Source: an uncultured Gammaproteobacteria bacterium (GTDB lineage Bacteria; Pseudomonadota; Gammaproteobacteria; JAADHQ01). From it: 64,000 nt of DNA. This document shows positions 18,419 to 28,506 of the stretch, in pieces. A model generated the notes under the pieces. That model saw nothing but the letters and a program-made list of their open reading frames with translations. It made no database searches and had not been told where the DNA came from. Numbering within the stretch: the first letter of the stretch is position 1; the number at the start of each line of letters is the position of its first letter. The position numbers were made by a program, and so were the translations under genes. The DNA lies in contig CAWECS010000010.1 in NCBI GenBank assembly GCA_963807455.1, positions 31,524 through 95,523 of the forward strand, read 5' to 3'.

Positions 18419-18808
18419 ATGCCTTCGAGCGTAGCGCCAGCGATAGCCAGTGACCTATCTAAAAAGAAAGACTGGCATATTGCCCGCACTTCACTGAAGA
18501 CCCGCAACCCCGCGAACACCCCGGAGGCATGGGAACGGCAGGTATTAACCCGGTTTGAAGATCAAAAAACTCAAGGGATAGATCCAACAAAAATGGAATA
18601 CCATCAGGTTGTCAATGTAAGCTGAGTAAGAAAGTTTCGTTACATGAAAGCGATTCCGACAGGCGGAGTTTGCATCGCCTGTCATGGCGCCGAACTTGAT
18701 CCTGCCATCGCACAGAAGATTAATGAACTATACCCTGACGATCAGGCGACAGGATACAAGCCAGGAGATATACGTGGCGCATTTACAATCAGCCAAACAA
18801 TCCAGTAA
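18419..18808 (+). pseudogene. DUF3365 (Tll0287-like haem-binding domain) gene remnant: N-terminally truncated and carrying an in-frame TGA at 18623–18625
   Basis: Reads ...WHIARTSLKTRNPANTPEAWERQVLTRFED...QVVNVS*VRKFRYMKAIPTGGVCIACHGAELDPAIAQKINELYPDDQATGYKPGDIRGAFTISQ. This carries the conserved DUF3365 motifs (RNPxN, CxACHG, YPxDxAxGY). There is a stop 8 codons upstream of the first ATG, and the signal peptide plus ~70 N-terminal residues are missing. Confidence 0.5.
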
Positions 18809-19065
18809 TTAGGTGAGAGTTGTCGGTATTAACACTTAGCTTGCAGTACCTGTTACTGTATTTAACATTTGGCATTAAAGCTCATAGCAAAATTATCTAT
18901 TCGCTTGTCAATTAGATTAATTTTCTATTCTGCCTCGAATATCTTAAAAACTCACTGGCATAATTATTATTTTTCTCTATATTAGTGTTGGGTGATGGTG
19001 AAGCACGAAGGACTAGTAGAACCGCACTCATAATTGATACAAACAACGTTCACAAGGAGTTAACG

Positions 19066-19389
19066 ATGATCAAACATTCACTAATAATTTCAACTTTAGC
19101 CGCTGTTACAATTCTATCCAGCACACCTAATTTTGCTGCAGACCAGGATCTTATTTATGGGAGTCAACTCATGACTTCAGAGGAAAGATTTGAATACCGC
19201 AAGAAAAATATGAATGCAAAAACGGAAGCGGAGCGTGCACAATTACGTGAGCAACATCAGGCAATGATACAACAAAGAGCAAAGGAACGTAATATGAAAC
19301 TACCTGATGCAGCGCCTGCCAGTGGTGCCGGTATGGGTACTGGCGGCGGCATGAAGTCCGGTGGTGGAATGGGCGGAGGTAATAGATAG
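19066..19389 (+). CDS. Small secreted protein with a Gly/Met-rich C-terminal tail
   Basis: Signal peptide MIKHSLIISTLAAVTILSSTPNFAA. AAGGAGT ribosome-binding site 5 nt upstream of the ATG at 19066. Tail GAGMGTGGGMKSGGGMGGG. Confidence 0.5.
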   Translation: MIKHSLIISTLAAVTILSSTPNFAADQDLIYGSQLMTSEERFEYRKKNMNAKTEAERAQLREQHQAMIQQRAKERNMKLPDAAPASGAGMGTGGGMKSGGGMGGGNR

Positions 19390-19965
19390 CTTAGACAACA
19401 CGGCTAAAATTTATCACGGCATGCAGTATGGCATGTCGTGATATTGATTGATCAAATAATAGAGCACGTTTCTACCTGCTTTTTGTACCCACAACACAAA
19501 TAATTCGACATAAGCATGAGTAGAATTGATATCCATTCACTACAATAAAATGGCGCCTGAAATTCTCTGCTTATATTTTTAACATTGCAGCACTGCTTTA
19601 CGTCGACCAGGCAATATATTTAATTTTCAGAAGAAATCGATGAATACCCGACATCACAAGCGGAAATTCGACTATTTCTAGCTTTGCATCTGAGTACCAC
19701 CAATAGGTGCTTCTATAATTTCGGTCAGGCAAAGAAAACCCCGTAAAACGACCTGGCTTGCTTTTCCATGCAGCCAAGAGGCTGACTAATACTCATTGAT
19801 CTTTGATAAAGCAGGGTTTTTCAGGGTAATGAGGCTCATTCGCTAATACAGCTTTGCTGGCATTACTTCATAGGCATGTTACTTCCTTTCTATTCTATGC
19901 AATTTTTTTACAGTTTGCGGATCATGGTATAGTGGCACACTGCATATTTTGGTAAAATTTTTGTT

Positions 19966-21429
19966 ATGAAAAATACATGGTTACTGACGATACTGACCCT
20001 GCAGAGCTCACCTGCTCTGGCATTGACATTCGACCTTTTTAAAGATGAACACGGCAAAAGGAACTGGCAGTATATTGCTAACTATACTGGTTCCACACTG
20101 CTGATTTTATTAACAATTATGACCGTCTATCTATTTATAGCCCGGCGTAGAGTTCATCAGGCCAACCTTGAGTTAACCGCTATTCGAAATGAATTGGAGA
20201 TGCGCGTACAGGAACGAACAGCAACACTGGATCAATCCAATCAACTGCTGCTGGAAAGTAACAGGCTGCTAGAGAAAGAGATCTCGCAGCATGTCATTAC
20301 TACCGATCAGTTACGATCTTCCGAGTCTTATATCAAAGATATTTTAACCTCGATGCCCTTGATGCTGGTGGGCCTCGATAAAAATGGCTGCGTCACCCAG
20401 TGGAACAAGCAGATAGAAGAGGTTTCGGGTATATCATCAGAAGATGCATTGGGTAAAACGCTATGGGAAGCTTATCCGCAGATGACTGTTCTTCCTGAGC
20501 ATGTTCAGCAATCGATCCAAGATAACAAAATTATTCATCTCAGGCATTGCCAGCGCAGCCTCTATCACTACGATATTACTATTTACCCGTTACAGGAGCA
20601 GGAGGCCGGGGTTGTTATTCTGGTCGATGACGTGACCAAGCAAGTCACTGCTGAAAATATGCTGATTCATAATGATAAAATGTCATTTATGGCTGAGTTG
20701 GCCTCATCCATGGCTCATGATATTAATCTGCCACTGCAGGCACTAATGATGGATCTGCGGCGCTTTCAGTTACTTATCAGTAGTCGCAACGTCAGTGAAA
20801 CTTTGCAGGCCTCCGATAGCATACAGGCACAAAAGCTTAATACCATCACCACCGATATGTCTGCCAAGGCTGAGCAGGCATCGACCATTATCAGTAATTT
20901 GCTGAGCTTTGCCCGTAGCCGTAAAGGCGAAAAGCAGATGGCTGACATTATAGAAGTGATGGAAAACACTATCAGCCTTGCCAATGAAGTGGTTTCTATC
21001 TCGGGCGACCTGCCTTTTAATCAGATTAAACTTGAAAGGGACTTCGAAAAAAACCTGCCCTTATTGCCCTGCTATATCACAGAACTACAGCAAGTTTTCC
21101 TCAGCATTTTTCGTCATGCCTGTCATGCATTAGCGCTGAAAAAAGCGGCTGAGGGTTTCGAACCATCAGTTAAAATTATTCTGTCTGAAAATTATGACCA
21201 TCTGTGGATCAAAATCCAGCACAATGGACTTGGTCTGACAGCTGAAGAACAGATGAATCTGTTTGAACCTTTTTTCACCGATAAATCTTCAGCAAAGGAT
21301 TTTGACGCCCGTCAGCGTCTCTCTTTCTCGTATTATATTGTCACCGAACAGCATCAGGGCAATATGACAGTAACATCCGATGTAGATTTGGGGTCTACCA
21401 TCCATATTCAGCTGCCGATCCGGCATTGA
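19966..21429 (+). CDS. PAS-domain sensor histidine kinase with two N-terminal TM helices and a very short extracytoplasmic loop
   Basis: 487 aa. Order: TM, coiled coil, PAS (...GLDKNGCVTQWNKQIEEVSGI...), HisKA with conserved His (MAHDINLPLQ), HATPase_c. No adjacent response regulator. Confidence 0.8.
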   Translation: MKNTWLLTILTLQSSPALALTFDLFKDEHGKRNWQYIANYTGSTLLILLTIMTVYLFIARRRVHQANLELTAIRNELEMRVQERTATLDQSNQLLLESNRLLEKEISQHVITTDQLRSSESYIKDILTSMPLMLVGLDKNGCVTQWNKQIEEVSGISSEDALGKTLWEAYPQMTVLPEHVQQSIQDNKIIHLRHCQRSLYHYDITIYPLQEQEAGVVILVDDVTKQVTAENMLIHNDKMSFMAELASSMAHDINLPLQALMMDLRRFQLLISSRNVSETLQASDSIQAQKLNTITTDMSAKAEQASTIISNLLSFARSRKGEKQMADIIEVMENTISLANEVVSISGDLPFNQIKLERDFEKNLPLLPCYITELQQVFLSIFRHACHALALKKAAEGFEPSVKIILSENYDHLWIKIQHNGLGLTAEEQMNLFEPFFTDKSSAKDFDARQRLSFSYYIVTEQHQGNMTVTSDVDLGSTIHIQLPIRH

Positions 21430-21557
21430 TTAGGTTATATGTTGCGCCACAAAACAAGGCTTATATAAACGTTTTAGTAGTGCTAGAACTGCTTTGTATC
21501 GACCTTGAAATCCTCTGACGGCGCACTACTGTCTCGTTATAAAAGCATACGCATCAT

Positions 21558-22013
21558 CTACTCTGCCAACATTTCACCTGAACCGCCTGCTTCTAATGGA
21601 AGGTCCTTAAACTTGGGTAAACCATCCTGCATAGAATGCATTGTCTCTTGATAGTGCACATGAAATCCAGGCTTGAAGCTGAAGTTAGTGATAACTGCAG
21701 ACGGCACGTCGATAAGCCCCATGATTGGATGATCGGTGTAGATATGTCCTCCACAGCTCTTGCACCACTTACGCTTACTAACAACTGTTTGATCATTTGG
21801 GTCAGGGTTCTTGTCGAATGAGGCAATATTATCCACACCCCTGGTAATCCGGAGGGAATCAGGCTTCCACAGGGTAAATGCATTGACGGGTCCAGCTGAC
21901 CAATGCCTACATGAGTCACAGTGACAATAGGCCATGGCTTCAGGCTCACCATGTAATGTAAACTTCACGCTGCCGCAAAAACAACTACCTTTATAATCTT
22001 CTTTCTCATTCAT
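21558..22013 (-). CDS. GFA-family protein (glutathione-dependent formaldehyde-activating / CENP-V-like zinc-binding fold)
   Basis: Cys pattern CFCGSV...CHCDSC...CKSCG. Probable start at the internal ATG at 22013, with AGGAGA 6 nt upstream. Confidence 0.65.
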   Translation of the reverse strand: MNEKEDYKGSCFCGSVKFTLHGEPEAMAYCHCDSCRHWSAGPVNAFTLWKPDSLRITRGVDNIASFDKNPDPNDQTVVSKRKWCKSCGGHIYTDHPIMGLIDVPSAVITNFSFKPGFHVHYQETMHSMQDGLPKFKDLPLEAGGSGEMLAE

Positions 22014-22067
22014 GATCTTTCTCCTGATGACACTTTCAATGTAATGCAATGACTTTATATAAATGCT

Positions 22068-23006
22068 CTAGTCTTCAAATACCACGGGTGATTGTGGCTT
22101 GTTATTAACATGTAATTGAAAAATATCGGGACGTGAATAATGCCCCGTGACATCAAAGGCTCTTTTAGAAATGCTGACTTTCTCTCGATCCACATCACAA
22201 TATAAAATGCCAGCTTCCTCTCGCATCGGGCCAGCAACAATTTCTCCTCCGGGTGCAATCACTATAGAATCACCCGGATTTACCCATTCGGCCGGGTCCG
22301 GGTATAAGGTCTCTCTCTCAGGGAAGTCCTGTGGAATATCACTGCCTTTCATGAGATTCCCACAACCCACTACCCAACAACAGCCTTCCCGTGCGATATG
22401 CTGCAAAGTACCAATCCAGGCATCACCACTATCGTAAGTGGGCGCAATGTAAATCTCAACGCCTTGTGAATACAAGGCATAACGTGCGAGTGGCATATAG
22501 TTTTCCCAACATAACAAGGCACCCACACGACCACAGGGGGTATCAACCACTTTTAAACCGGATGCATCACCAAATCCCCATACCATGCGCTCAGGATTTG
22601 TTGGCATTAACTTTCGGTGCTTATTCAATAATGCACCATCCGAACCGATAATAATAACCGTGTTATAAATCGTCGATTGACTGAGTTGACTGTCACGCTC
22701 TTCAATACCACAGACAATCGTCACATTAAATTTTTTCGCCGCATCATACAGTGGCACTAAATCATCAGACTCCATCACGACGGCATTATTTAATAATTTT
22801 TCATGCAATGCTTCTGACAAGTTCCAGTCACCACCGGGTCTTAGCCGCCAGATCCAGGTGGGATAGCCCGGTATAAAGGCCTCGGTGAATACCACCAGTT
22901 CCGCACCATTATCAGCAGCTTCCTTTACTGTGGTGACTGCAAGCTCGATGGTTTTTTGTTTATCCAGAAAAACCGGCGGCTTTTGTACAATCGCTAATTT
23001 GGACAT
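22068..23006 (-). CDS. Nitrilase, carbon-nitrogen hydrolase superfamily
   Basis: Glu/Lys/Cys triad context (VVFTEAFIPGYP, HRKLMPT, GALLCWENYMP). Start at ATG 23006, with AAGGAG 6 nt upstream. Confidence 0.8.
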   Translation of the reverse strand: MSKLAIVQKPPVFLDKQKTIELAVTTVKEAADNGAELVVFTEAFIPGYPTWIWRLRPGGDWNLSEALHEKLLNNAVVMESDDLVPLYDAAKKFNVTIVCGIEERDSQLSQSTIYNTVIIIGSDGALLNKHRKLMPTNPERMVWGFGDASGLKVVDTPCGRVGALLCWENYMPLARYALYSQGVEIYIAPTYDSGDAWIGTLQHIAREGCCWVVGCGNLMKGSDIPQDFPERETLYPDPAEWVNPGDSIVIAPGGEIVAGPMREEAGILYCDVDREKVSISKRAFDVTGHYSRPDIFQLHVNNKPQSPVVFED

Positions 23007-23017
23007 TTTCTTCTCCT

Positions 23018-23896
23018 TTATTTTGTGCCAACAGCCACTAACATTTCGCATGGCCCTTCAAACTGACCATTAGCTTCAAATTGCCCCAAAGCCTCTTCAA
23101 TTTCACACCAGGCTTCATCTTGCTCCAACTCTGATAACCCTGACAGCATTTGATGTAATGCACCGAAAGATTCCTGCTCAAACTGCAAACATTCCGCTGC
23201 CGAGGACACTCGAACCGGAGCATTAATGGTTTCAACCGCTATGTTTCCAAGTCCAGCCTGGGCAAAAAGGTCTTCCAGTTTACCTTTATTACCCAGACTA
23301 AAAGGTCCTGGTTGGCCGGCCAGCGGGGCAGGAAGATGGGCACGACGTCGAATGATGGAAACGGGAATCGAAAAAAATGGGTTGGTTTCAGCCGTGGAAT
23401 AAACCATCGCTGCAAGCTTTCCACCTGGTCTTAATTGCTGCTTCATGCCTGCCAGCGCTTTTTGTTGATCAGGAAAATAAATCAAACCCACGCGGGAAAT
23501 CACCGCATCGAATGCTTGTGCGCTGAGTCCTGCCAGGTTCTCAGCATCGATCACCTGGGTTTGTATATTACTCATACCTGCCAGCTTAGCTGATGCAATG
23601 GCAAATTGCAGAATTTCCGCTGAAATATCCGTAGCCAGAACCTGCCCGTTGTTGCCAATACGTTTTGCCACCGTCATGGTTTGCTCGCCAGCACCGGCGG
23701 CAACATCCAGTACCCGACTACCCTTTTTTATACCACACATATCCAGCATGGTTTCGGTGGCCGGGCCTAACCATCTGGACAATAATGGCCCCCATCGGTG
23801 CCAGGCTTCAGCAGCACTATCCCACTGTCGCAGGGTTGTTTGCTTGTATTGGATGGCATCAAATTGTGGTGGGTTTTTAGTCATCACTCTCTCCAT
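23018..23896 (-). CDS. Class I SAM-dependent methyltransferase
   Basis: SAM motif I VLDVAAGAGEQT. 292 aa. Confidence 0.75.
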   Translation of the reverse strand: MERVMTKNPPQFDAIQYKQTTLRQWDSAAEAWHRWGPLLSRWLGPATETMLDMCGIKKGSRVLDVAAGAGEQTMTVAKRIGNNGQVLATDISAEILQFAIASAKLAGMSNIQTQVIDAENLAGLSAQAFDAVISRVGLIYFPDQQKALAGMKQQLRPGGKLAAMVYSTAETNPFFSIPVSIIRRRAHLPAPLAGQPGPFSLGNKGKLEDLFAQAGLGNIAVETINAPVRVSSAAECLQFEQESFGALHQMLSGLSELEQDEAWCEIEEALGQFEANGQFEGPCEMLVAVGTK

Positions 23897-24002
23897 TGGG
23901 CATGTTGTCAGTATGAAATAGAGTGTATCCCTATTAATTTTGCTTACAATTCGCTATTAAAACAAACATACTGTGCATTTATGCACAGATGGATAAAAGA
24001 CA

Positions 24003-24884
24003 ATGAACTGGGATGATATGAGGCTTTTTCTGGCGGTAGCTCGCGCCGGCTCCATCAGTGGTGGCGCCAAGCTACTGGGGGTTCAGCATTCAACAGTATC
24101 TCGACGTTTGCGTTCTTTGGAAGAAAAACTGGGGGCCCGTTTAATCGAGCGAAAAAAAACCGGTTACGAACTGACCGTTGCCGGCGAAAATATCAAACAA
24201 TCCGCACTACGTATTGAAAGAGAAATGCTCGGCGTGGATGAAACACTACTGGGAAAAGATACCAACCTGGTTGGGCCTCTGCGGGTGACCGCCATTAATA
24301 ATATGGCCTCATCCGTGTTAATGCCCATGTTTGCCCGTTTTAGTCATGAGCATCCACGGGTGGATTTACACATCATTGTATCTAACATGGATGCCAGCCT
24401 GGCACAACGAGAGGCAGACATTGCCATTCGCCTGACCAATACTCCTACGGATACACTGATTGGAAAACGTCTGCTAACAGTTGCATCCACCATTTACGGC
24501 AGTCGTGACTATATTAAGAAAATCAAACAACAAGCAGCAGAACCCAAATGGATTGGAGTTGAATGCTGTGTATTTCATAAAACCTGGACCAAGCAATATT
24601 GCGATCATCAATCACATAATTTTTATAGCGATGATACCTTACTGACTCTGTCGGCGATAAAAGCAGACTTGGGCGTTTCTTATTTACCCTGCTTTCTCGG
24701 GGATGCAGATCCCATGCTGGAACGCTATTGCGAGCCGGACGTACAACATGAACTGGGTTTATGGATATTGCTGCACCCAGACCTGAAACGGACAGCTAGA
24801 GTGCTGGCGTTTCGAGATCATATGATTCAGAGTATCGAAGAGAAGCGAGATTTGTTTGAAGGGAAATTTGAAAATAGCGCCTGA
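24003..24884 (+). CDS. LysR-family transcriptional regulator
   Basis: N-terminal HTH (MNWDDMRLFLAVARAGSISGGAKLLGVQHSTVSRRLRSLEE) plus the LysR substrate-binding domain. Divergent from the methyltransferase, nitrilase and GFA genes. Confidence 0.85.
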   Translation: MNWDDMRLFLAVARAGSISGGAKLLGVQHSTVSRRLRSLEEKLGARLIERKKTGYELTVAGENIKQSALRIEREMLGVDETLLGKDTNLVGPLRVTAINNMASSVLMPMFARFSHEHPRVDLHIIVSNMDASLAQREADIAIRLTNTPTDTLIGKRLLTVASTIYGSRDYIKKIKQQAAEPKWIGVECCVFHKTWTKQYCDHQSHNFYSDDTLLTLSAIKADLGVSYLPCFLGDADPMLERYCEPDVQHELGLWILLHPDLKRTARVLAFRDHMIQSIEEKRDLFEGKFENSA

Positions 24885-25101
24885 CTAGAATCTTACGCTT
24901 GCCAAAATAATATATAGATAAAGTGACGGCCTCAATTGATCGATGCAACACATGCATTATATAATATTTTTTGCATCTATTTAAAATAGTCCGAACCAAT
25001 CACTTTTTTCTGCGGCTTCAAGCTTACCTGCCAATGCCTGATTGCCTGACTGGCGAGCTAAATCAGCAGCCGTGTGTTTATCTTTATTGCGCATAGAAGC
25101 A

Positions 25102-26898
25102 TTAGCGCCATTCTTCAATAATAAGTTTTATTATGGCATCATTGCCTTTTTCAGCAGCATACATTAAAGCGGTATAGCCGTGTTTGTTGGTATTATTTAC
25201 ATCCACTTTCTTTTGCAAAAACAGTTTCACCAGCTCAAGCCGCCCGGATTTTGAGGCAATCATTAATCCGTTATTTCCACTACTGGTGGTTTGATGTGCA
25301 TCCGCGCCTGCTTTCAGTAATAAATTAATACTGGCCTTGTCTCCACGGGCAGTCAATTCAGTCAGCAAAGTGGCGCCGTCCAGATTGCGTTGATTAATAT
25401 CTGTTTTGTTTTTCAGTAATACTCTGGCCGCTTCACGATGACCGGCAAGCAGTGCATACCATAATGCATTCTGTTGTTGCTTGTCTTGTAGCAGTGAGTC
25501 GGCGCCACAAGCTAACAATGCCGTGACAACACGGGTATGCCCCTGATCGGCTGACAACATTAATGCTGTCAAACCATCTTTTCTGCGCGAATTTATGCTG
25601 CCTGGAGTTTTCCTGCATAATGTAGAAACGACTTGTTTATGACCATGACGTGATGACAACATTAATGCTGTTTGCCCAACCTGGTCTTTTTGTGCTGGAT
25701 TCGCACCATGTGAGAGCAGGTGCGCTACTACACTGGCATGGCCAGCACGTGCTGACAACATTAGCGCGGTCAACTGTTGCTTGGATGCCTGATTAACATT
25801 AGCGCCTTTATTAATGAGTTTATTTACCATACTCATGCGCCCCTTCCATGCTGCGCGCATTAAAGCTGTGTAACCTTCCTTGTCTACTGCATTCAGGTTT
25901 TGCTGTAGATTGATCTGCTCGTTAAAAATTGCTTGTTCGCCTGTCCATGCGGCCAGCATTAATAGCGTCCAGCCTTTATACGGGCCGTTAGTGATTAAAG
26001 CCTGCTGTTGCTTTATCCGTTGCTGTTGACTGACCCGTGGCTTTTGACTCTTTTTATTATCTACATAGGTTTGCAGTAAATCCGCTACTTTTTTATGTTT
26101 GTACTCAACGGCCAGTTGATGGGCCGTTAGATTATCTGCATTTTTGAAGCGCACATTTGCTCCGGCACTCACTAACAGGCTAACTATTGGGTAATCACCC
26201 TGTCTGGCTGCAAGCATTAACGCCGTCATACTGTCATTATTACGCGCATTCAGGTTTGCTTTATAACTAATCAGTAATTTAACCATGCGCTGATGACCTT
26301 GTATCACCGCGATTTGCAGCAAACTGTTACCTTTTTTATCGGCGGCATTACTATTTTCACCCTGTCGCAACATTGATCTGGCGCGTTCAACATCACCCTT
26401 TTTTACGACTTGTGGTAATAAACGATTGTTGCTGCCGGTTGACAGGCTGCCCTGGGTAATTTGCTTTTGCAGTTTTAGTAATGCCTGTTTTGCATGGCGG
26501 TTATTTTGAGCGGCAGATTTTTGATACCAGGCACTGGCTGCTTGCAGATCCTGTTTTACACCAAGACCTTGTTGGTACATTTGACCCAGTTGGTATTGGG
26601 ATTTCGCATGACCCTGCTGGGCCGCGCGCCGATACCAATCTGCAGCCTTATCATGACTACGACTCACGCCAGTTCCATTGCGATAAAATGTTGCCAGTTT
26701 GTACTGCGCGTCAACATTATTATTTTTTGCCAATGGCTGGCAAAGTCTGAACGCCTCTTTAAAATCTTTCAGTCTGATGGCCTGATTGACTGCCTCCAGA
26801 TCATTGGCAAGCAACAAACTGGAGGTGCACAGTAACAACAAACCTGCTATCCACTGAATCATTCTATTACTCGGTTCCATACTTGGTTTCAACTTCAA
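25102..26898 (-). CDS. Secreted Sel1-repeat plus ankyrin-repeat protein
   Basis: Signal peptide. Four or more Sel1/TPR-like repeats (AQYKLATFYRNGTGV..., SQYQLGQMYQQGLGV...). About 10 ankyrin repeats follow (GNSLLQIAVIQGHQRMVKLLISYKANLNARN..., repeating TALMLAAxxGH...LLxxGAxVN). Confidence 0.8.
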   Translation of the reverse strand: MKLKPSMEPSNRMIQWIAGLLLLCTSSLLLANDLEAVNQAIRLKDFKEAFRLCQPLAKNNNVDAQYKLATFYRNGTGVSRSHDKAADWYRRAAQQGHAKSQYQLGQMYQQGLGVKQDLQAASAWYQKSAAQNNRHAKQALLKLQKQITQGSLSTGSNNRLLPQVVKKGDVERARSMLRQGENSNAADKKGNSLLQIAVIQGHQRMVKLLISYKANLNARNNDSMTALMLAARQGDYPIVSLLVSAGANVRFKNADNLTAHQLAVEYKHKKVADLLQTYVDNKKSQKPRVSQQQRIKQQQALITNGPYKGWTLLMLAAWTGEQAIFNEQINLQQNLNAVDKEGYTALMRAAWKGRMSMVNKLINKGANVNQASKQQLTALMLSARAGHASVVAHLLSHGANPAQKDQVGQTALMLSSRHGHKQVVSTLCRKTPGSINSRRKDGLTALMLSADQGHTRVVTALLACGADSLLQDKQQQNALWYALLAGHREAARVLLKNKTDINQRNLDGATLLTELTARGDKASINLLLKAGADAHQTTSSGNNGLMIASKSGRLELVKLFLQKKVDVNNTNKHGYTALMYAAEKGNDAIIKLIIEEWR

Positions 26899-28166
26899 TT
26901 CCGACTTCTTTCAACATGGGAGTAGGTAAGATACCGCCTGCACTGACAATAATGGCATCATTATCAATTTCGATGCGATCACCTTGCTGCTCGATTTCGA
27001 CTGAATTTTTATGTATTTGCTGAACATTGGATTTAAACATCACCCTTAGTCGACCCGCTTTTTCAGCTTGCTCTACTTTTTGTCTGTTTTTTTCCTTGGC
27101 ACGCGCAAAGGCTTCACTACGATAAGACAAGGTCACCGTAGTTCCCTGCTGTTCAGCAATACTGGTGGCAGCCTCCAGTGCGCTGTCACCACCACCCACG
27201 ACCAATACATGCTGGCCTTTGTATTGCTCAGGATCGATCAAGCGATACACCACCTTGGGTAGTTCCTCCCCCGGTACACCGAGTTTCCTAGGGCTGCCAC
27301 GTCTGCCAATCGCGAGCAATACCTTTGCAGTTGTGTAACTCGCTTTGTTTGTTTTGATTTCAAAACCTTGATCTGTGGGTGTTATCGATCAGCATGTTTT
27401 CCTGGTAGTTAATTTTAATGCCGGTTTTTTTCTCGACCTCCTGCCACATTTCCAGCAGGGCCTCTTTGGTCGTTTCCCTTACTTTGACTTTACCTATAAT
27501 GGGCAACTGCATGGGTTGGGTCATGACAATTTTTCCGCGTGGAAAATTAAATACGGTACCCCCCAGACTTTCCTGTTCGAGTGTCAGGTATCTGAGCCCT
27601 TTTTGCTTTGCTCCCAGAGTAGCCGAGAATCCTGCGGGTCCGGCACCAATGATGATGACATCATAATCACCCGATCCATTTTTGTTATTGGCAATAGCTT
27701 CCAGGGCCTGGCGTCCCTGTTCGACTGCATTTCGAATCAAACCCATGCCACCCAGTTCGCCGGCGATATAGATACCCGGCACATTGGTTTGAAAATCCGG
27801 ATTTACCTGCGGAATATCCACCCCGCGTTTTTCTGTCCCGAACACCAGTGTAATCGCATCGACTGGACAAGCTGTTTTACACGCACCATGACCAATGCAA
27901 TGCGATGGGTTGATCAGGTGAGATTTCCCTTGAATCAGTCCGAGCACATCTCCTTCGGGGCAGGCTGTAATGCAGGATGCACAACCAATACATTTGTGCA
28001 CTTCAATGACCGGGTGCAAAGATGCCGGCTCTGCAAGCCCTTCTGCTTCTGCTTGTTTTAATTTGGACAGGTTGCCTGACTGCTTACGCGTCTGATAAAT
28101 CGCATACAAGGCGATAAAAATCACCGGTAGTGAATAAAATACCCATTGAATCTGATCGGCATCCAT
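26867..28166 (-). CDS. Membrane-anchored FAD/NAD(P)-dependent oxidoreductase with an N-terminal 2x[4Fe-4S] ferredoxin domain, split by an apparent 1-nt frameshift near 27390
   Basis: Track ORFs 27360–28166 (TM helix, two Cx2Cx2Cx3CP motifs, FAD fold DYDVIIIGAGPAGFSA...) and 26867–27319 (NAD fold VLVVGGGDSALEAA...) are in different frames. The downstream frame, read upstream of its annotated start, encodes the protein-like stretch SITPTDQGFEIKTNKASYTTAKVLLAIGRRG; removing one nucleotide near 27390 joins it to the upstream ORF (...KINYQENML-SITPT...), so the two pieces form one gene. Confidence 0.6.
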
Positions 28167-28506
28167 TATGTGATTTCTTTGTGATTAAAAACTGCCTTCA
28201 TGCACTCATTGTAATGCAAGAAACCATGCAATATCGTTGCAGCTATCACATAAGAGCAAGCAGCAGGAACTGCTGCTCGCACAGGAAGCTTAGTATTTAA
28301 CCTGTAGACCGGAATTATCATTAATACCATATAATTAATATTGTTTATGGTGAATAACAGGGTATCTATAGCGCCTGCCAGAAAATATTATCATCTACTT
28401 ATATTTATAGCTAAATATATGTTTAAACAAAGATTATAGTGATTTATCCTGCGATTGAACCATGTTATCCTTGCATGTTCTTATACCTTATATATTAAAC
28501 ACCCGC

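Noticed and set aside
18623-18625. In-frame TGA in DUF3365 as selenocysteine or recoding
   Set aside because: There is no SECIS-like hairpin downstream, the family is not known to contain Sec, and the gene is also N-terminally truncated. Pseudogene or error is more likely.
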